From the NCBI GenBank assembly GCA_963769935.1, contig CAVYNY010000011.1, positions 160,001-224,000 on the forward strand: a DNA stretch of 64,000 nt, written 5' to 3'. The stretch comes from an uncultured delta proteobacterium. Lineage in GTDB: Bacteria; Desulfobacterota; Desulfobacteria; Desulfobacterales; JAFDCJ01. Shown here piece after piece: positions 31,805 through 42,902 of the stretch (positions within the stretch are counted from its first letter, which is position 1; every line of letters begins with the position of its first letter). The notes under the pieces are model-generated. The model made no database searches, was not told the origin of the DNA, and was given only the letters and a program-made list of their open reading frames with translations. Position numbers and translations under genes: made by a program.

Positions 31805-33915
31805 GTTTCACCACGACCTTCCCCGTGTGTATTACAGTAACTGTTGCCGGAATCGCATGACTACCGAACTGGTATAATCCCAGTAACCTAATTGTTGTGG
31901 ACTCTCCAAGTGCCCCTCGATCCATCACTGTACTTCCGCTTCAGGAATATTCGCAGCCGTTCGCGGACAAAGGCATTGAGCTTGCGAAGCCGTTTGAGCA
32001 CCGGTCCTGTCGCTTTGTGATAATTGTTCCAACCCCGTATTACCGGTGTCAGCTCTTTTATCAACTCCTCCAGCGATAGACTATAGCGTCGCCCAATGAC
32101 TTCCTTCACTCGTTGCCTGATGCGGCCCATCGAACGCTCTGAAGGCCATAATGCGCAGAACTGCTTTAATTTCGAGTTCTTCTTGCGCACCGGACACAGA
32201 CGCAAATGCACGCCGAGAAAATCAAACCCGTCTTTCGCTTTAACCATACGCGTTTTATCCGGGTGCAGCTTCAAGCCAAGACGTCCCAGCATCTGCTCCA
32301 CCTGCTTTTTAACCTGCTTTCCGTTACGCCACAGCAAGATAACAAAATCATCCGCATATCTTACCAGTGTTCCTGGAATTCCCGACATCTGGAACATTTT
32401 GTCAAACGAGTGCAGATAGATATTGCTCAGCAACGGTGAAATTACACCACCTTGCGGAGTTCCCAGCCCGTTTGTTTCGATATATTTGCCCTCTTCCATG
32501 ACCCCGGCTTCCAACCACATGCGAATTAACTTTAAAACACGAGCATCAGCGATGCGGCGTTCAACCAGTTCCAGTAGAATATCCTGGCGAATATTGTCGA
32601 AAAATCCCGTTATATCGGCGTCAAAAACGATGCGCTGACCTTTGAAGGTAATCCTGCGTTCTATTATACGGATCGCGTCATGGGCGCTTCGCCCCGGACG
32701 AAATCCGTGAGAACAATCCAAAAAATTGGCCTCAAATATCGGCTCGATTACCAGTTTGGTCGCCATCTGGCAAACGCGGTCAAAAATAACCGGAACCCCA
32801 AGCGGCCTTTTCTCAGGTTTGCCCGGTTTGTCGATATAGCACCGCAGCACTGGCTGCGGCCGGTACCGCTTGCTTTTTAATTGCTCGCGGACTTCCGCCA
32901 GAAATTGATCCACACCAATTACATCCTCGATGTATTCAAAATCCTGCCGATCGACTCCAGGTGCACCCTTGTTGGCCTTGACGCGCTTCCAGGCCTCCAA
33001 AACAACATCTTCACGATAGATCTTATCGTAAAGAGCCCCGAATCTCCTATCCAGCGACTGCTTCGCTGCATGGGACAGTTTAGACTGCAAGTCAGAAACT
33101 TTGTTCCGCACGTTCATAGCTCCTTGAGCACTCATGCCTTCTTACTGTTACCAGATAGAAATGCAACTGGTGTTTAAACCGATGATGATTCGGGACAGTT
33201 CGAGTTCTTGGCCCGGTGGTCGCACCGTTCCCCAACGACTGCCGGTTGGGTTTTGTTAAAGCGGGGTCCCCGTAAACCCGCACCTTATCCTCACCCTCAA
33301 ATCTATCCACTGTTCCGCATTTCAACTCACACCCTAAACGCGGTCGAAGTATGGCCCCACGCTCAGAGACAGGTTATGTTGTCCTGCCCGTCGTCACTTC
33401 CAGGCCACTCCGACTTCCCTACGCCCATCACCTCCATCTTGCCGGTTTCACCCGACTTGATACAGGCTTACCGCAGGCGGAGACCTGCGGAGACGCTGGG
33501 ATCTCAGGTCTTTCCTCCATTATCTGTCACCGCATGCCGTTGGCCTTACCCCGGGTCCCTACCAGGTGCTCATACCCTTTGCTTCCCTGGTAGCTCTGGC
33601 CTTCTCCCAAATTATAGAGGATCGGCGGGTATCCCTGCGATGCAGGGTTTATCCCTCAATCGGACTCTCCCAGCTATAGCCGTCCGATCACATCTTACGA
33701 GGCTGCACCATTCGCGTGATGCTACGGCCTGCGGTTTTGGCCGGCACCCCTGACTGGGTAAAACCCGCATATCCTGCGAGCCGTCTCGGTACCGTGTCGG
33801 GGCAAGTTCAGCCCGCGTGTTACCACGCGAACCCGCCCTCTGCCTTCATATCCATAAGGGCAACTGATATGATAACCTCCTTTCAGGTTACTAGATAATG
33901 GTCTCGCGACCTCGT
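31805..33915 (-). mobile_element. Group II intron, truncated (no adjacent DV/DVI; 5' end damaged)
   Basis: About 780 nt of structured leader upstream of the RT ORF; no DV consensus after the ORF. Confidence 0.7.
31888..33135 (-). CDS. ltrA: Group II intron reverse transcriptase/maturase without an endonuclease domain
   Basis: GAPGVD, RPLGVP, GFRPGRS, GTPQGGVISPLLSNIYL, RYADDF, FDFLG, RGWNNY. Confidence 0.95.
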   Translation of the reverse strand: MSAQGAMNVRNKVSDLQSKLSHAAKQSLDRRFGALYDKIYREDVVLEAWKRVKANKGAPGVDRQDFEYIEDVIGVDQFLAEVREQLKSKRYRPQPVLRCYIDKPGKPEKRPLGVPVIFDRVCQMATKLVIEPIFEANFLDCSHGFRPGRSAHDAIRIIERRITFKGQRIVFDADITGFFDNIRQDILLELVERRIADARVLKLIRMWLEAGVMEEGKYIETNGLGTPQGGVISPLLSNIYLHSFDKMFQMSGIPGTLVRYADDFVILLWRNGKQVKKQVEQMLGRLGLKLHPDKTRMVKAKDGFDFLGVHLRLCPVRKKNSKLKQFCALWPSERSMGRIRQRVKEVIGRRYSLSLEELIKELTPVIRGWNNYHKATGPVLKRLRKLNAFVRERLRIFLKRKYSDGSRGTWRVHNN

Positions 33916-33945
33916 ACATAGTTTAGATGCGACCCCCTCGTCCCC

Positions 33946-34097
33946 CTCTGTTTCGTCAATCCAAGGAATTTAAACAGTTGTCGCCGCCGCCACCATACCG
34001 ACGGCAAACGAACGAAAAAAGCAAACACGACTATCGCGAGTGCCCAGAACACCCATTTCAATATCTCGTATAGTGCTGAATAAACCAGTTGCTCCAT
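33946..34097 (-). pseudogene. Truncated membrane-anchored ORF
   Basis: TM segment, then cut by the GGGGACGAGGGGGTCGCATCTAAAC motif. Confidence 0.4.
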
Positions 34098-34498
34098 GGA
34101 ACTTGGTTTCCTGTTTTCGTCCTCGTTGGCGATAACCGGGCCGCCGCGGATGATCTTCCATTTGAAAAACGCGCTGTCCGCGGCTCCGCGTTCATCGCTT
34201 GGTTATGTCACAATCTCGGCAGCGTACGCTTTAACGGCTTCGAGTATGAGTTGATTAATGCCCCATTTCTTTTGACTGGCATTCAAGAAATAGAGTGTCA
34301 AATCTTGATTAGTGATTAACTGGCACTTTTTTAATCACAAATCAAGATTTGATACCCAATTCTCGTTCTTATGCGTTTCAAAATAGCAGGGCCTTTCCGA
34401 AAAACCGCATCGTTTTTCCCGTCTGGTTCATCAGCCTGGTTGTACAAATACGATTTATAACATCTGTTTTAAGAAACTTTTTGATCCACATAAAAATC

Positions 34499-34527
34499 TT
34501 GACATATACATATATTGTATGCATAAT
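34499..34527 (+). promoter_or_regulatory. Sigma70 promoter of brnTA with a palindromic operator
   Basis: TTGACA-17-CATAAT; ATACA-N5-TGTAT in the spacer. Confidence 0.8.
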
Positions 34528-34534
34528 ATCATCT

Positions 34535-34807
34535 ATGAAAATCAGATGGGATCCTCACAAGGCCGAAACCAACTTTCGAAAACATAAAATTCGGTTCTCT
34601 GATGCTGAATCAGTATTATTTGACCCAATGGCCATGACTATCGAGGATCAAATTATAGATCAAGAACAGCGATTTTTATCAGTTGGTTCTGACGCCTTCG
34701 GCCGTATTTTAGTTATTGTATATACATATCATGGTGACACAATCCGTTTAATTTCCGCCCGCAAAGCAACTTCAAAAGAGAGAAAATATTATGAAAAAGG
34801 AATATGA
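34535..34807 (+). CDS. brnT: BrnT-family toxin
   Basis: WDPHKA..N..KH.I.F, IRLISARKAT..ER. Confidence 0.92.
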   Translation: MKIRWDPHKAETNFRKHKIRFSDAESVLFDPMAMTIEDQIIDQEQRFLSVGSDAFGRILVIVYTYHGDTIRLISARKATSKERKYYEKGI

Positions 34808-35048
34808 TTTTAGCAAAGGCAAAAGAGGCCAGGTAATTAAGCAGAAAGGTAAAACTCGAATTACCATTTACCTGGACAATGATGTAATTGAAAAGTTCCG
34901 TATACTTTCCGATGCCGCCGGCTATGGATATCAAACTATGATCAATGATGCCCTAAAAGAATATCTAAAAGAAAAAGAGGAACCTGTAACAACTGCTGCA
35001 ATCCGCCAAGTTATCCGCGAAGAACTTGAGCGTGCAGCAAACAATTGA
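34791..35048 (+). CDS. brnA: BrnA-family antitoxin
   Basis: MKKEYDFSKG, RITIYLD.DV, GYQT.IN.AL; overlaps the toxin gene. Confidence 0.92.
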   Translation: MKKEYDFSKGKRGQVIKQKGKTRITIYLDNDVIEKFRILSDAAGYGYQTMINDALKEYLKEKEEPVTTAAIRQVIREELERAANN

Positions 35049-35117
35049 TAAAATGCTCATCTAAATTTCACATATTCTCGTTCGTAGCTTCTATAAGAGC
35101 AGTTTTTCCAGAGATCA

Positions 35118-35183
35118 GTACAACGACTGAGGTCAGCCGCCCGAGGCCGCAGGCCGAGGGTCGGTTGGACCGACTGGTTAGGC
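35118..35183 (-). repeat. attC site
   Basis: Minus strand: GCCTAAC CAGTCGGTCCAACCG...CGGCTGACCTCAGTC GTTGTAC. Confidence 0.75.
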
Positions 35184-35242
35184 CGCGCCGAACTGCGATT
35201 TCAGACGCCTCAGCAGCGACGGCTGTCCGGGGACGCGAGCAA

Positions 35243-35773
<531 letters not shown>

Positions 35774-35945
35774 TTCAATTCTTTCTCGAGTCGAATTTCG
35801 GCGTGGCCTGTTAGCATCGTTGATGGATGCCCGGGACGTTGCCGGTTGCGCGGCCACCCCTAAACCCCGCAGTTAACGCAATTTAGGTTTAAAAATTGGG
35901 CATTTATGGTGAAGCATGATAGACGGCTAAGAGAAGGGGGCCGAC

Positions 35946-36380
35946 ATGCTTCATCGTGCCATCCAGGATTTTTTGAGCTATTGCCGTTTGGCGGACTTTT
36001 CGCAGCGTTCCCTGCAGGCATTGGCCATTCGGCTAAACGAGTTTGCAGATTTTCTAAGGTCGCATCATATCAGATCTATCAAAAGTACCACCTATCTGAA
36101 TCTGGTTGCTTTCGTAGCCGACTTTAACGACCTTTCCATCCATGTCCGAAATTCACGGGTATGGACACTGAGGCAATTTTATCACTTTTTAGCACTACAT
36201 CAAAAGGTTGCCGAAAATATCGCTACCGGACTTGCGTATCCCAAAATCGAAAAAACCGTTCCCCGGTATCTGACCGGCCAGGAGTACAAACGGCTCATAC
36301 GCCACTTTAGCACCAGGGCCAACGATCTTTGGTGATTAAGAAATCTTATCATCGTGCTGCTGTTGGGAATCCTGGGCTTT
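35946..36380 (+). pseudogene. Truncated XerC/D-like tyrosine recombinase (N-terminal SAM-like part only)
   Basis: LRQFYHFL...PKIEKTVPRYLT; stops before the catalytic residues. Confidence 0.7.
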
Positions 36381-36618
36381 CAAAGAATGCAAAAGATTTA
36401 ATATAATCTGATTTTAGGCATCTGCTCAATCATTTTGGTTGGGTGATTTGTTGCTGCTTAATCAATATATCAATACCCGTCCCCTATATTCCCCCTTTAT
36501 CTGCGAGATTTATCGACTTGAAAACCATCATCTATCACCTTATTAAAGCGGATAACGGTATAAGATAATCTAAATATAAAAATAGAACGGATGTTCCTAT
36601 TTTCCCCCTCTACTGCCA

Positions 36619-37186
36619 TCAAAAGACGATATGTTCTTTTATTCCGATCTGTTCGGCAGCATGGTGGGCGACGGCCTGACTGAGCCAGTGTGGCTGGTGG
36701 GCATCTGAGCTGATAACAAATTTGAAACGATCTTTGAAGGGGCTGTAAAACTTTTTCCAGTCCGTCCGCCAGACATAACGGTTGTTGATTTCAACCAAAC
36801 ATTCGCCGGGAACCCGATTCAGGTCGGTGCCTAATGCGTTGGGATGCGCGACAATGACCGGTTTTCCTGATGTGATCAGTCTGTCCAGGGAATGATAATC
36901 GGCATCCAGATCCCGGCAGTGAAAAACGTAGTAATCAACATTATAATTCGTGGCTTCGGCGACCCACGGCGTGTCCGTCCACCTCAACCCCGACTTTTAA
37001 TCCGTCTTGGCGGATTTCACTTTCGTATATCTCAAAAGATCCATCCACCAGACTCTCGAAATGATCACTGATTCCGACAATTCCGGCATGCCTGGCCGCA
37101 GCGACAAGGGCAACGGTCTGTTCGGCCACTATGGAATTGTCATTGGTTGAATAGGTGGTGTGAATATGTAAGTCCTGCTGCAGCAT
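36619..37186 (-). pseudogene. PHP domain protein, frameshifted near 36970
   Basis: DLHIHT, ISDH, GVE, AHP, EIN, SSDAH. Confidence 0.85.
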
Positions 37187-37412
37187 CCCAAGTCCTTTCG
37201 AAATATGTTTTCCCTGATATCAAATCCTGATTCAAGCAAGCGAGCTTTCCCACAGGGTCAGAATAAATGAGATAAAATCGAGCCTCATCCCTTTCCAGCT
37301 GTCAGCTAGCCGACCTTACTGGTCAATATCTCGGGGGGAAAGCAGCGCACATAACAAAAATTACAAATATCAAATCAGAAAGACCAGGACGCCGACCAGA
37401 CAATCAGCGTTC

Positions 37413-37739
37413 TTATGCCTGCAACAGGCGCCGCTGCAAGAGCTTTTGCATGCCACGACGCCCATCGGCAATCAGGAGCACATAGACTTTTTCTTCCATG
37501 ACGCGGTAAATGATGCGGTAGGGCTTAAAGAATATTTCGCGGAACTCCCGCAATCCAAAGGCAAGCAATTCCTTCGGACAGGCTCCGCGCGCAGGATTTT
37601 CGGACAGGCGGTTGAACGCTTTTTCGATTCGATTGAGAACGTGATCAGCCTTACCTCGCCCATCGTGCCGATCAATGTAATCGTAAATATCCTCCAGGTC
37701 ACGCGACGCGTCATCGGTCAACAGCACGGAAAAATGCAT
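37413..37739 (-). CDS. RelE/ParE-family toxin
   Basis: A.RDLEDIYDYI, KPYRIIYRV, DGRR. Confidence 0.9.
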   Translation of the reverse strand: MHFSVLLTDDASRDLEDIYDYIDRHDGRGKADHVLNRIEKAFNRLSENPARGACPKELLAFGLREFREIFFKPYRIIYRVMEEKVYVLLIADGRRGMQKLLQRRLLQA

Positions 37740-38014
37740 CAGCGGGACTCCCGCCTGTTTCGCAGGCGTTTGACGACATCGGCAGCAGGTTGAACCTTAC
37801 CCTCTTCGATCTGACGCCCGCCGAGCGCCAGAATTTTCAGCAGAGCCATCGCCTCCTGCGTTTGCTCGTAACTTTCGATATCCTGCACAACCGCCTTGGC
37901 CTCGCCGTTCTGGGTGATGATCAAAGGCTCCTGCTGCTTTCCGATATTGCGCACGATCTCGGAGGCATGCGCCTTCAGATAGCTGATCGGCTTGATTTGA
38001 CTTGACAGGGACAT
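37739..38014 (-). CDS. Phd/YefM-family antitoxin
   Basis: IKPISYLKAH, PLIITQNGEAKAV; TTGACT-18-TATATT promoter at 38041-38070. Confidence 0.92.
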   Translation of the reverse strand: MSLSSQIKPISYLKAHASEIVRNIGKQQEPLIITQNGEAKAVVQDIESYEQTQEAMALLKILALGGRQIEEGKVQPAADVVKRLRNRRESR

Positions 38015-38401
38015 CGGCCACCTCCTTTAAATGACGACCAAATATAGTCCTTAAAAAGGTCATGAGTCAAGTTTTTTCCAGTAGCCATGGAAACGGCTTC
38101 ACCGCGTGAAAACACGGTTATCTCTCGGAGGTCCCTTTTTTAGCAACATGATAGAATTTCGTCTGTAATTGACGACTTTTGGAAAGTTTGAGTTTTGCGG
38201 ATTTTAAAACGTTACTGAGCCCTGGATACCTCAGCCCACACAAGCTGCCGGAATTTTAATTCTTTGCTTAACCGGTTTGCCAGATGCTATAGAACAGAAT
38301 ATCTCGGGTTTATTTTTCGCCTCTAGAGAGTCTTATAGCGCACAAGAAATATCCATAATTATTCACTATTCGAGCTGTGCCCCCCGATTCCTCACTTGAA
38401 A

Positions 38402-39940
38402 TTAATCCGATTTCTTCAGGATAATCGGGATGTTGGCGGTTTCCGGCCCACTTGTCACTGAAAGCACTATGCTTTCGGCTGTCTCGGGCATTTCAAAGAT
38501 GACATCGCTTTCTTTGGCGCTTCGGGGTTCCACAAGGTCGTTTAACCAGCTTTTCGAAGCCCGCGGTACGCCGTCTATCAGCAGCCGAAATGAGTCGTTC
38601 CCAAATCCTAAATCCGATGGACCTTTGTTGGTTAAGCGTATGGAGAGTTTCAAGGTTAATATCCCCGTATTCCGGCTGTCGACCAGCGCCGCCAGAATTT
38701 TGCAGGTTCCTTCCCCTCGATTATTTTGCAGGGTTACTTCAGTGCCAGACGGAAAAGCGACCGAGTAACGTGTCGCGCGATCATCGGCTAAAGTCTTTGT
38801 CCCACTGGGAGCCGATTTTGCCTTGGAAGGCTCGGTTGTCTTTGCCGGCTTCGCGGAAGGTGCAGTTGCCTCTCTCTTCAGGATAATCGGGATGTTGGCG
38901 GTTTCCGGCCCACTTGTCACTGAAAGCACTATGCTTTCGGCTGTCTCGGGCATTTCAAAGATGACATCGCTTTCTTTGGCGCTTCGGGGTTCCACAAGGT
39001 CGTTTAACCAGCTTTTCGGCGCCCGCGGTACGCCGTCTATCAGCAGCCGAAATGAGTCGTTCCCAAATCCTAAATCCAATGGACCTTTGTTGGTTAAGCG
39101 TATGGAGAGTTTCAAGGTTAATATCCCCGTATTCCGGCTGTCGACCAGCGCCGCCAGAATTTTGTAGGTTCCCTCCCCTCGATTATTTTGCAGGGTTACT
39201 TCAGTGCCAGACGGAAAAGCGACCGAGTAACGTGTCGCGCGATCATCGGCTAAAGTCTTTGTCCCACTGGGAGCCAATTTTGCCTTGGAAGGCTCGGTTG
39301 TCTTGGCCGGCCTCGCGGAAGGTGCAGTTTCCTCGAGTCGCTCGGTGGTGTCGTTATCGGACGACGAAGATACGAAAGCAGTCTTTTCTTTGTTGCTTGG
39401 AGGCCCGATCTGATGAAGCATCACAAACAAGCCCGCCACAGCGGCAACAATGCCTGCCGCAGCTGTCACCAAACCTGGCATGGTCTTCCACCAGCGCCGG
39501 GACCGCAGTTTTGTATAGGTTGGCATTGGCTTTATTTGGGTCGGGGGACTGCCACCGAGGATGCTGGCAACGGTCTTCAATAATTGATCAAACTCAAAAT
39601 GAGGAGAGGTGCCCGGCCAATCGGAGAGATCTGCTGCTTCAATTCTCTTGAACTCAAGGGGAATTTGGACTTTGTCTATCAGCGCCGGGATTAGAATTCC
39701 GCGCGCCGCACCCTCTGCTGCTTCGGTTTTCACCCAGCGGGATGATACAGAGTCCTTAGACCAGAGAACAATGACACACCGGGCCGAGTTCAATGCATTC
39801 TCTATTGTCTCATCAAACGACTTTCCGGGGGGAATCTCCCGATCCCACCACGCAGACCAACCCTGCCGCGAGAATGCCTCGGATAGAAGCTCAGCTCTCT
39901 CCTTGTCTGTTCTTGCATAGCTGATGAATATATCAATCAT
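38402..39940 (-). CDS. TIR domain + TM helix + two tandem Ig-like (DUF4352-like) domains
   Basis: DIFISYA, WWD, SRWVKTEA; hydrophobic helix; 154-aa repeat. Confidence 0.85.
   Translation of the reverse strand: MIDIFISYARTDKERAELLSEAFSRQGWSAWWDREIPPGKSFDETIENALNSARCVIVLWSKDSVSSRWVKTEAAEGAARGILIPALIDKVQIPLEFKRIEAADLSDWPGTSPHFEFDQLLKTVASILGGSPPTQIKPMPTYTKLRSRRWWKTMPGLVTAAAGIVAAVAGLFVMLHQIGPPSNKEKTAFVSSSSDNDTTERLEETAPSARPAKTTEPSKAKLAPSGTKTLADDRATRYSVAFPSGTEVTLQNNRGEGTYKILAALVDSRNTGILTLKLSIRLTNKGPLDLGFGNDSFRLLIDGVPRAPKSWLNDLVEPRSAKESDVIFEMPETAESIVLSVTSGPETANIPIILKREATAPSAKPAKTTEPSKAKSAPSGTKTLADDRATRYSVAFPSGTEVTLQNNRGEGTCKILAALVDSRNTGILTLKLSIRLTNKGPSDLGFGNDSFRLLIDGVPRASKSWLNDLVEPRSAKESDVIFEMPETAESIVLSVTSGPETANIPIILKKSD
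38413..39329. repeat. Near-identical intragenic tandem duplication, 462-bp period
   Basis: 38413-38867 vs 38875-39329, with few substitutions. Confidence 0.95.
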
Positions 39941-40056
39941 AGACTATGATTACCTGCACCCAAATCTACGAAGAGCTTGAAAAGGGTACATTTTTAGGAT
40001 TTACCAATAGAAATTGAAAACGGCATCGCTTTGGGTGTCAGAGTGCATGCGCATTG

Positions 40057-40374
40057 TTAGCGATGCCACTTAAATGGTGCTTCGCCTCTTTCTGATTGAG
40101 GAGTTTCGATGACTTCAATAATGAAGCTTTTCAACCCCTTCAAATCTTTTTTAAATTGATTTACGTCTATTTCATCAAGGTAATTCCAAAAATCAAGATA
40201 AGATTCCGGATCTCTGATCCTTCTGTCGATAAAATGCAATGTTCCCTCTAAAAAGGAATCTTCAGTTTCATATCTTGAGCACGAAGCACCAATCTCAGTT
40301 TTCAAAACGTCCAATATAATGTCCGCCATGACAATTATTTCATATGCCATTGGTGTTAGATAATCTGTATCCAT
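40057..40374 (-). CDS. Hypothetical cassette protein
   Basis: Begins after GTTAGCG; stop lies within CGCTAAC. Confidence 0.7.
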   Translation of the reverse strand: MDTDYLTPMAYEIIVMADIILDVLKTEIGASCSRYETEDSFLEGTLHFIDRRIRDPESYLDFWNYLDEIDVNQFKKDLKGLKSFIIEVIETPQSERGEAPFKWHR

Positions 40375-40393
40375 GGAGTCTGGTTTGTATCCG

Positions 40394-40441
40394 CGCTAAC
40401 GCCGCCTTCACCGGTTTATCTGGTGCAAGGCGTGGTTGACA
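40394..40441 (-). repeat. Short attC-like site
   Basis: CGCTAAC GCCGCCTTCACC...GGTGCAAGGCG..GTTGACA. Confidence 0.65.
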
Positions 40442-40518
40442 ATTTTGTTAAATAAAATCTTGCAGTTTCCAGGTTAGGGTAAAAATTCAGCGGCGCAACT
40501 TTTGCGTCCTTTGAAGTG

Positions 40519-40878
40519 TTAACGATTCATTTCCATGTGCTTATAGATTTTCCGGCAGACCATGTCAAACTCATCCTGCCAGTCCTCGTTTTCATGGTAG
40601 ACCAGGGGACCCTCATCAGGACTTATATATTCAGATAGCAACTCATAGGCTGTCTTTTCCGAATCGTCGTCAGAAATAGCCTGTTCAACGAGGTACCCGC
40701 CGAGCGCATGCAGAGAAGTGAAATAACGATTCATTGTTGTTTTGGATTTCTTGTCGAGTTTCTCCACTACCCAAAATTCCAGAAAAAAATTCAACAGATC
40801 GGTTGCAATCTGATCCTCTCTGGATGGCTTTACCCCCACCCTCCAGGCATCAATCCATTTTCGGTTAGGTTTCATCAT
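40519..40878 (-). CDS. Hypothetical cassette protein
   Basis: Stop within CGTTAAC; attC-like flanks. Confidence 0.7.
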   Translation of the reverse strand: MMKPNRKWIDAWRVGVKPSREDQIATDLLNFFLEFWVVEKLDKKSKTTMNRYFTSLHALGGYLVEQAISDDDSEKTAYELLSEYISPDEGPLVYHENEDWQDEFDMVCRKIYKHMEMNR

Positions 40879-40885
40879 TTCAATT

Positions 40886-40987
40886 CGCTAATGTGTTCCG
40901 GCGAGCAGCGGCCCAAAAAATTCTCTCCTGCACGGCATTTACGATAAACCGGCATTTTCATCTCCCTCTGCTCAACCCAAGTTAGAC
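40886..40987 (-). repeat. attC-like site
   Basis: Minus-strand GTCTAAC...GAGCAG/CTGCTC...ATTAGCG; loop similar to that of the 25589 site. Confidence 0.6.
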
Positions 40988-41497
40988 GCTAATCCCATAG
41001 AGGTGTGCCAGTTCATCGATTGGGAACGTGTGCGTAATAGCCTGCATCGGCATTCGGTTCAACTCCCGAATAATTTCCGGGACTCGCCAGCTATGGACTC
41101 CACCTGCCTCCGTGATTAGGTACTTGTAATGAAACGCGATGTCGTTGGAAGAACCCAATACACTCCTGCTCGATGACTTGGCGAAACCAATTTCATTGTA
41201 CTCCAGGAGAATTCGATGTCGCACTCCTTCCGGAATGGCCTCCTCAGACAGCACGCAAGAAAGCATTAAACGAAACTGTTCCGGCAACTCTCGAATTTGC
41301 GACCGTGTCACATCCGGGATGATGAAATTAAATAGAGTTCGATCGTTGACAAACAGCAGTGTCTTTCGGCGATCGATGAAGGTCAAGTTTGCATGCCATT
41401 GGCCCAGGCCTGAGCTTGCAGGTTCGTTGGCCTGCAAATCTTTCGGCTTGACACCCATCTCCTTCAGAAGCTTGGTTGTACATCGAATTAGTTGCAT
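40982..41497 (-). CDS. DUF6933-like protein
   Basis: IRCT.KLL, LG.WHAN, SRSVLGS.ND, LNRMP. Confidence 0.7.
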   Translation of the reverse strand: MQLIRCTTKLLKEMGVKPKDLQANEPASSGLGQWHANLTFIDRRKTLLFVNDRTLFNFIIPDVTRSQIRELPEQFRLMLSCVLSEEAIPEGVRHRILLEYNEIGFAKSSSRSVLGSSNDIAFHYKYLITEAGGVHSWRVPEIIRELNRMPMQAITHTFPIDELAHLYGISV

Positions 41498-41510
41498 GGC
41501 TTAACTTGCC

Positions 41511-41909
41511 TTATAATGCTCCGGCCCGGAGGTGCTGGATACCCTCGACATAACTGAATAGGCGTCCGTTAGGCTTGATGCCACTCAGGGTGTCATTGAA
41601 GAAGCTGTTCCATTCGTAGCGGACCCATTTGGAGTCAAGGTTCGCGCTGGAAGTACCCACCGCTACAAGTACCCTTGCCACATCCAAGGCATTGTCAATA
41701 GCCCGTGTGTATTCTGCCACTCCCAGGGGCTCAAGGGAGACGCTGCTAAGAAACACATGCGCTCCGCGACTCGTCAGGTACTCATAGACTTCCCGAGCCA
41801 ATGCGCTATCTCGTGTCGGCATTCCCTGCTCGTCAAGATTCTTGAAGGAAATGAATATGTCAGCAGGGCTGTCCGCACTCTCATTCATCATGATACTCCC
41901 TCTGGACAC
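41511..41909 (-). CDS. TIR domain protein, possibly truncated
   Basis: DIFISFK, VFLS, IDNALD, SKWVRYEW. Confidence 0.75.
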   Translation of the reverse strand: MSRGSIMMNESADSPADIFISFKNLDEQGMPTRDSALAREVYEYLTSRGAHVFLSSVSLEPLGVAEYTRAIDNALDVARVLVAVGTSSANLDSKWVRYEWNSFFNDTLSGIKPNGRLFSYVEGIQHLRAGAL

Positions 41910-41972
41910 ACTGTGAAGCAGACCGAACTGTGTGTATTAGGGGACCTTCAGCGATTCCGGTGGAACGGCAGG

Positions 41973-42599
41973 TTAGCCAAAACCTAAATTTTTTAAAATA
42001 TTTTCCAGCCAAATACTACCACTTGAAGTAATTAACCAATATAGTGTGGCACAATTAGCTGCAACAGTTACCCAATATGTAACTCGGAAAGATAATTTTT
42101 TGGATTTGTGTCTTAAAAAACTTTGTGCAATTTTGGCTCCTGGCCAACCTCCTAATAGTGACAATATATGCAAAGTACTTTCAGAAGTTCGCCACTCCCC
42201 CCATTCAGCTGCATTTTTGTCTTTTGCGTACATTAAAAATGCTGCAACACTCATGATTGCATATAGGCAAATTAGTTCCAGTGGAATGCGATTTGATTTA
42301 AAGAGGTAATAAAGAACATATGAAAAGGAAGTGAACATGACTAAAGAAAGAAATTTTTGGATTAGTTCTCTATCATTATTTTTATGCCCTTTCAGAGGAG
42401 AAACGCCAATTGCACAAATACGACCTTTTTGATCAGTTGAAGTAACGTATTGAACTTTAAGGTTTTTAATGGGTCGTTTATGGCGACGGCTATAGTCATT
42501 AAAATGAAAAAATAGCGCTTTATCGCCTGAGTTTGGAGTTATGAAACCAAACCGCTTTTCTTCATTCCAATTAGATATGATGCCTCTTTGCATATTCAT
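41973..42599 (-). CDS. Cold-shock domain + DUF1294 membrane protein
   Basis: WNEEKRFGFI..FFH; Y.KDK.AA..G.WR..E..LH..GGWPGA..RHK. Confidence 0.92.
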   Translation of the reverse strand: MNMQRGIISNWNEEKRFGFITPNSGDKALFFHFNDYSRRHKRPIKNLKVQYVTSTDQKGRICAIGVSPLKGHKNNDRELIQKFLSLVMFTSFSYVLYYLFKSNRIPLELICLYAIMSVAAFLMYAKDKNAAEWGEWRTSESTLHILSLLGGWPGAKIAQSFLRHKSKKLSFRVTYWVTVAANCATLYWLITSSGSIWLENILKNLGFG

Positions 42600-42902
42600 T
42601 TAGAACTATCTGGTTAACAATTTAGTAGTGCAAAAAAATTCGCGATATTATCTATTAAGACTGATTTGCCGAACAGTATGCTATATTATTTCAACTACAT
42701 ATTTAAAATATTCGGCATCTAAATAACGGAAATTTATGAATTTTTTTTAATATTCCAATATGCGAGGATTTATTCTTAATATCGCCAATATTCCGGTAAT
42801 ATTAAGAAAAATTTCCAAATAATGCCCAAGGTAACAGGCAAATTTTTGATACTCCAGGGGGCAGCCACAGCAACATATTGTGATGATCCTCAGGGATCCT
42901 CA

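Noticed and set aside
35946..36335. Possible integron integrase for the attC array
   Set aside because: XerD-like N-terminal fragment only; no catalytic residues or IntI-specific insertion visible.
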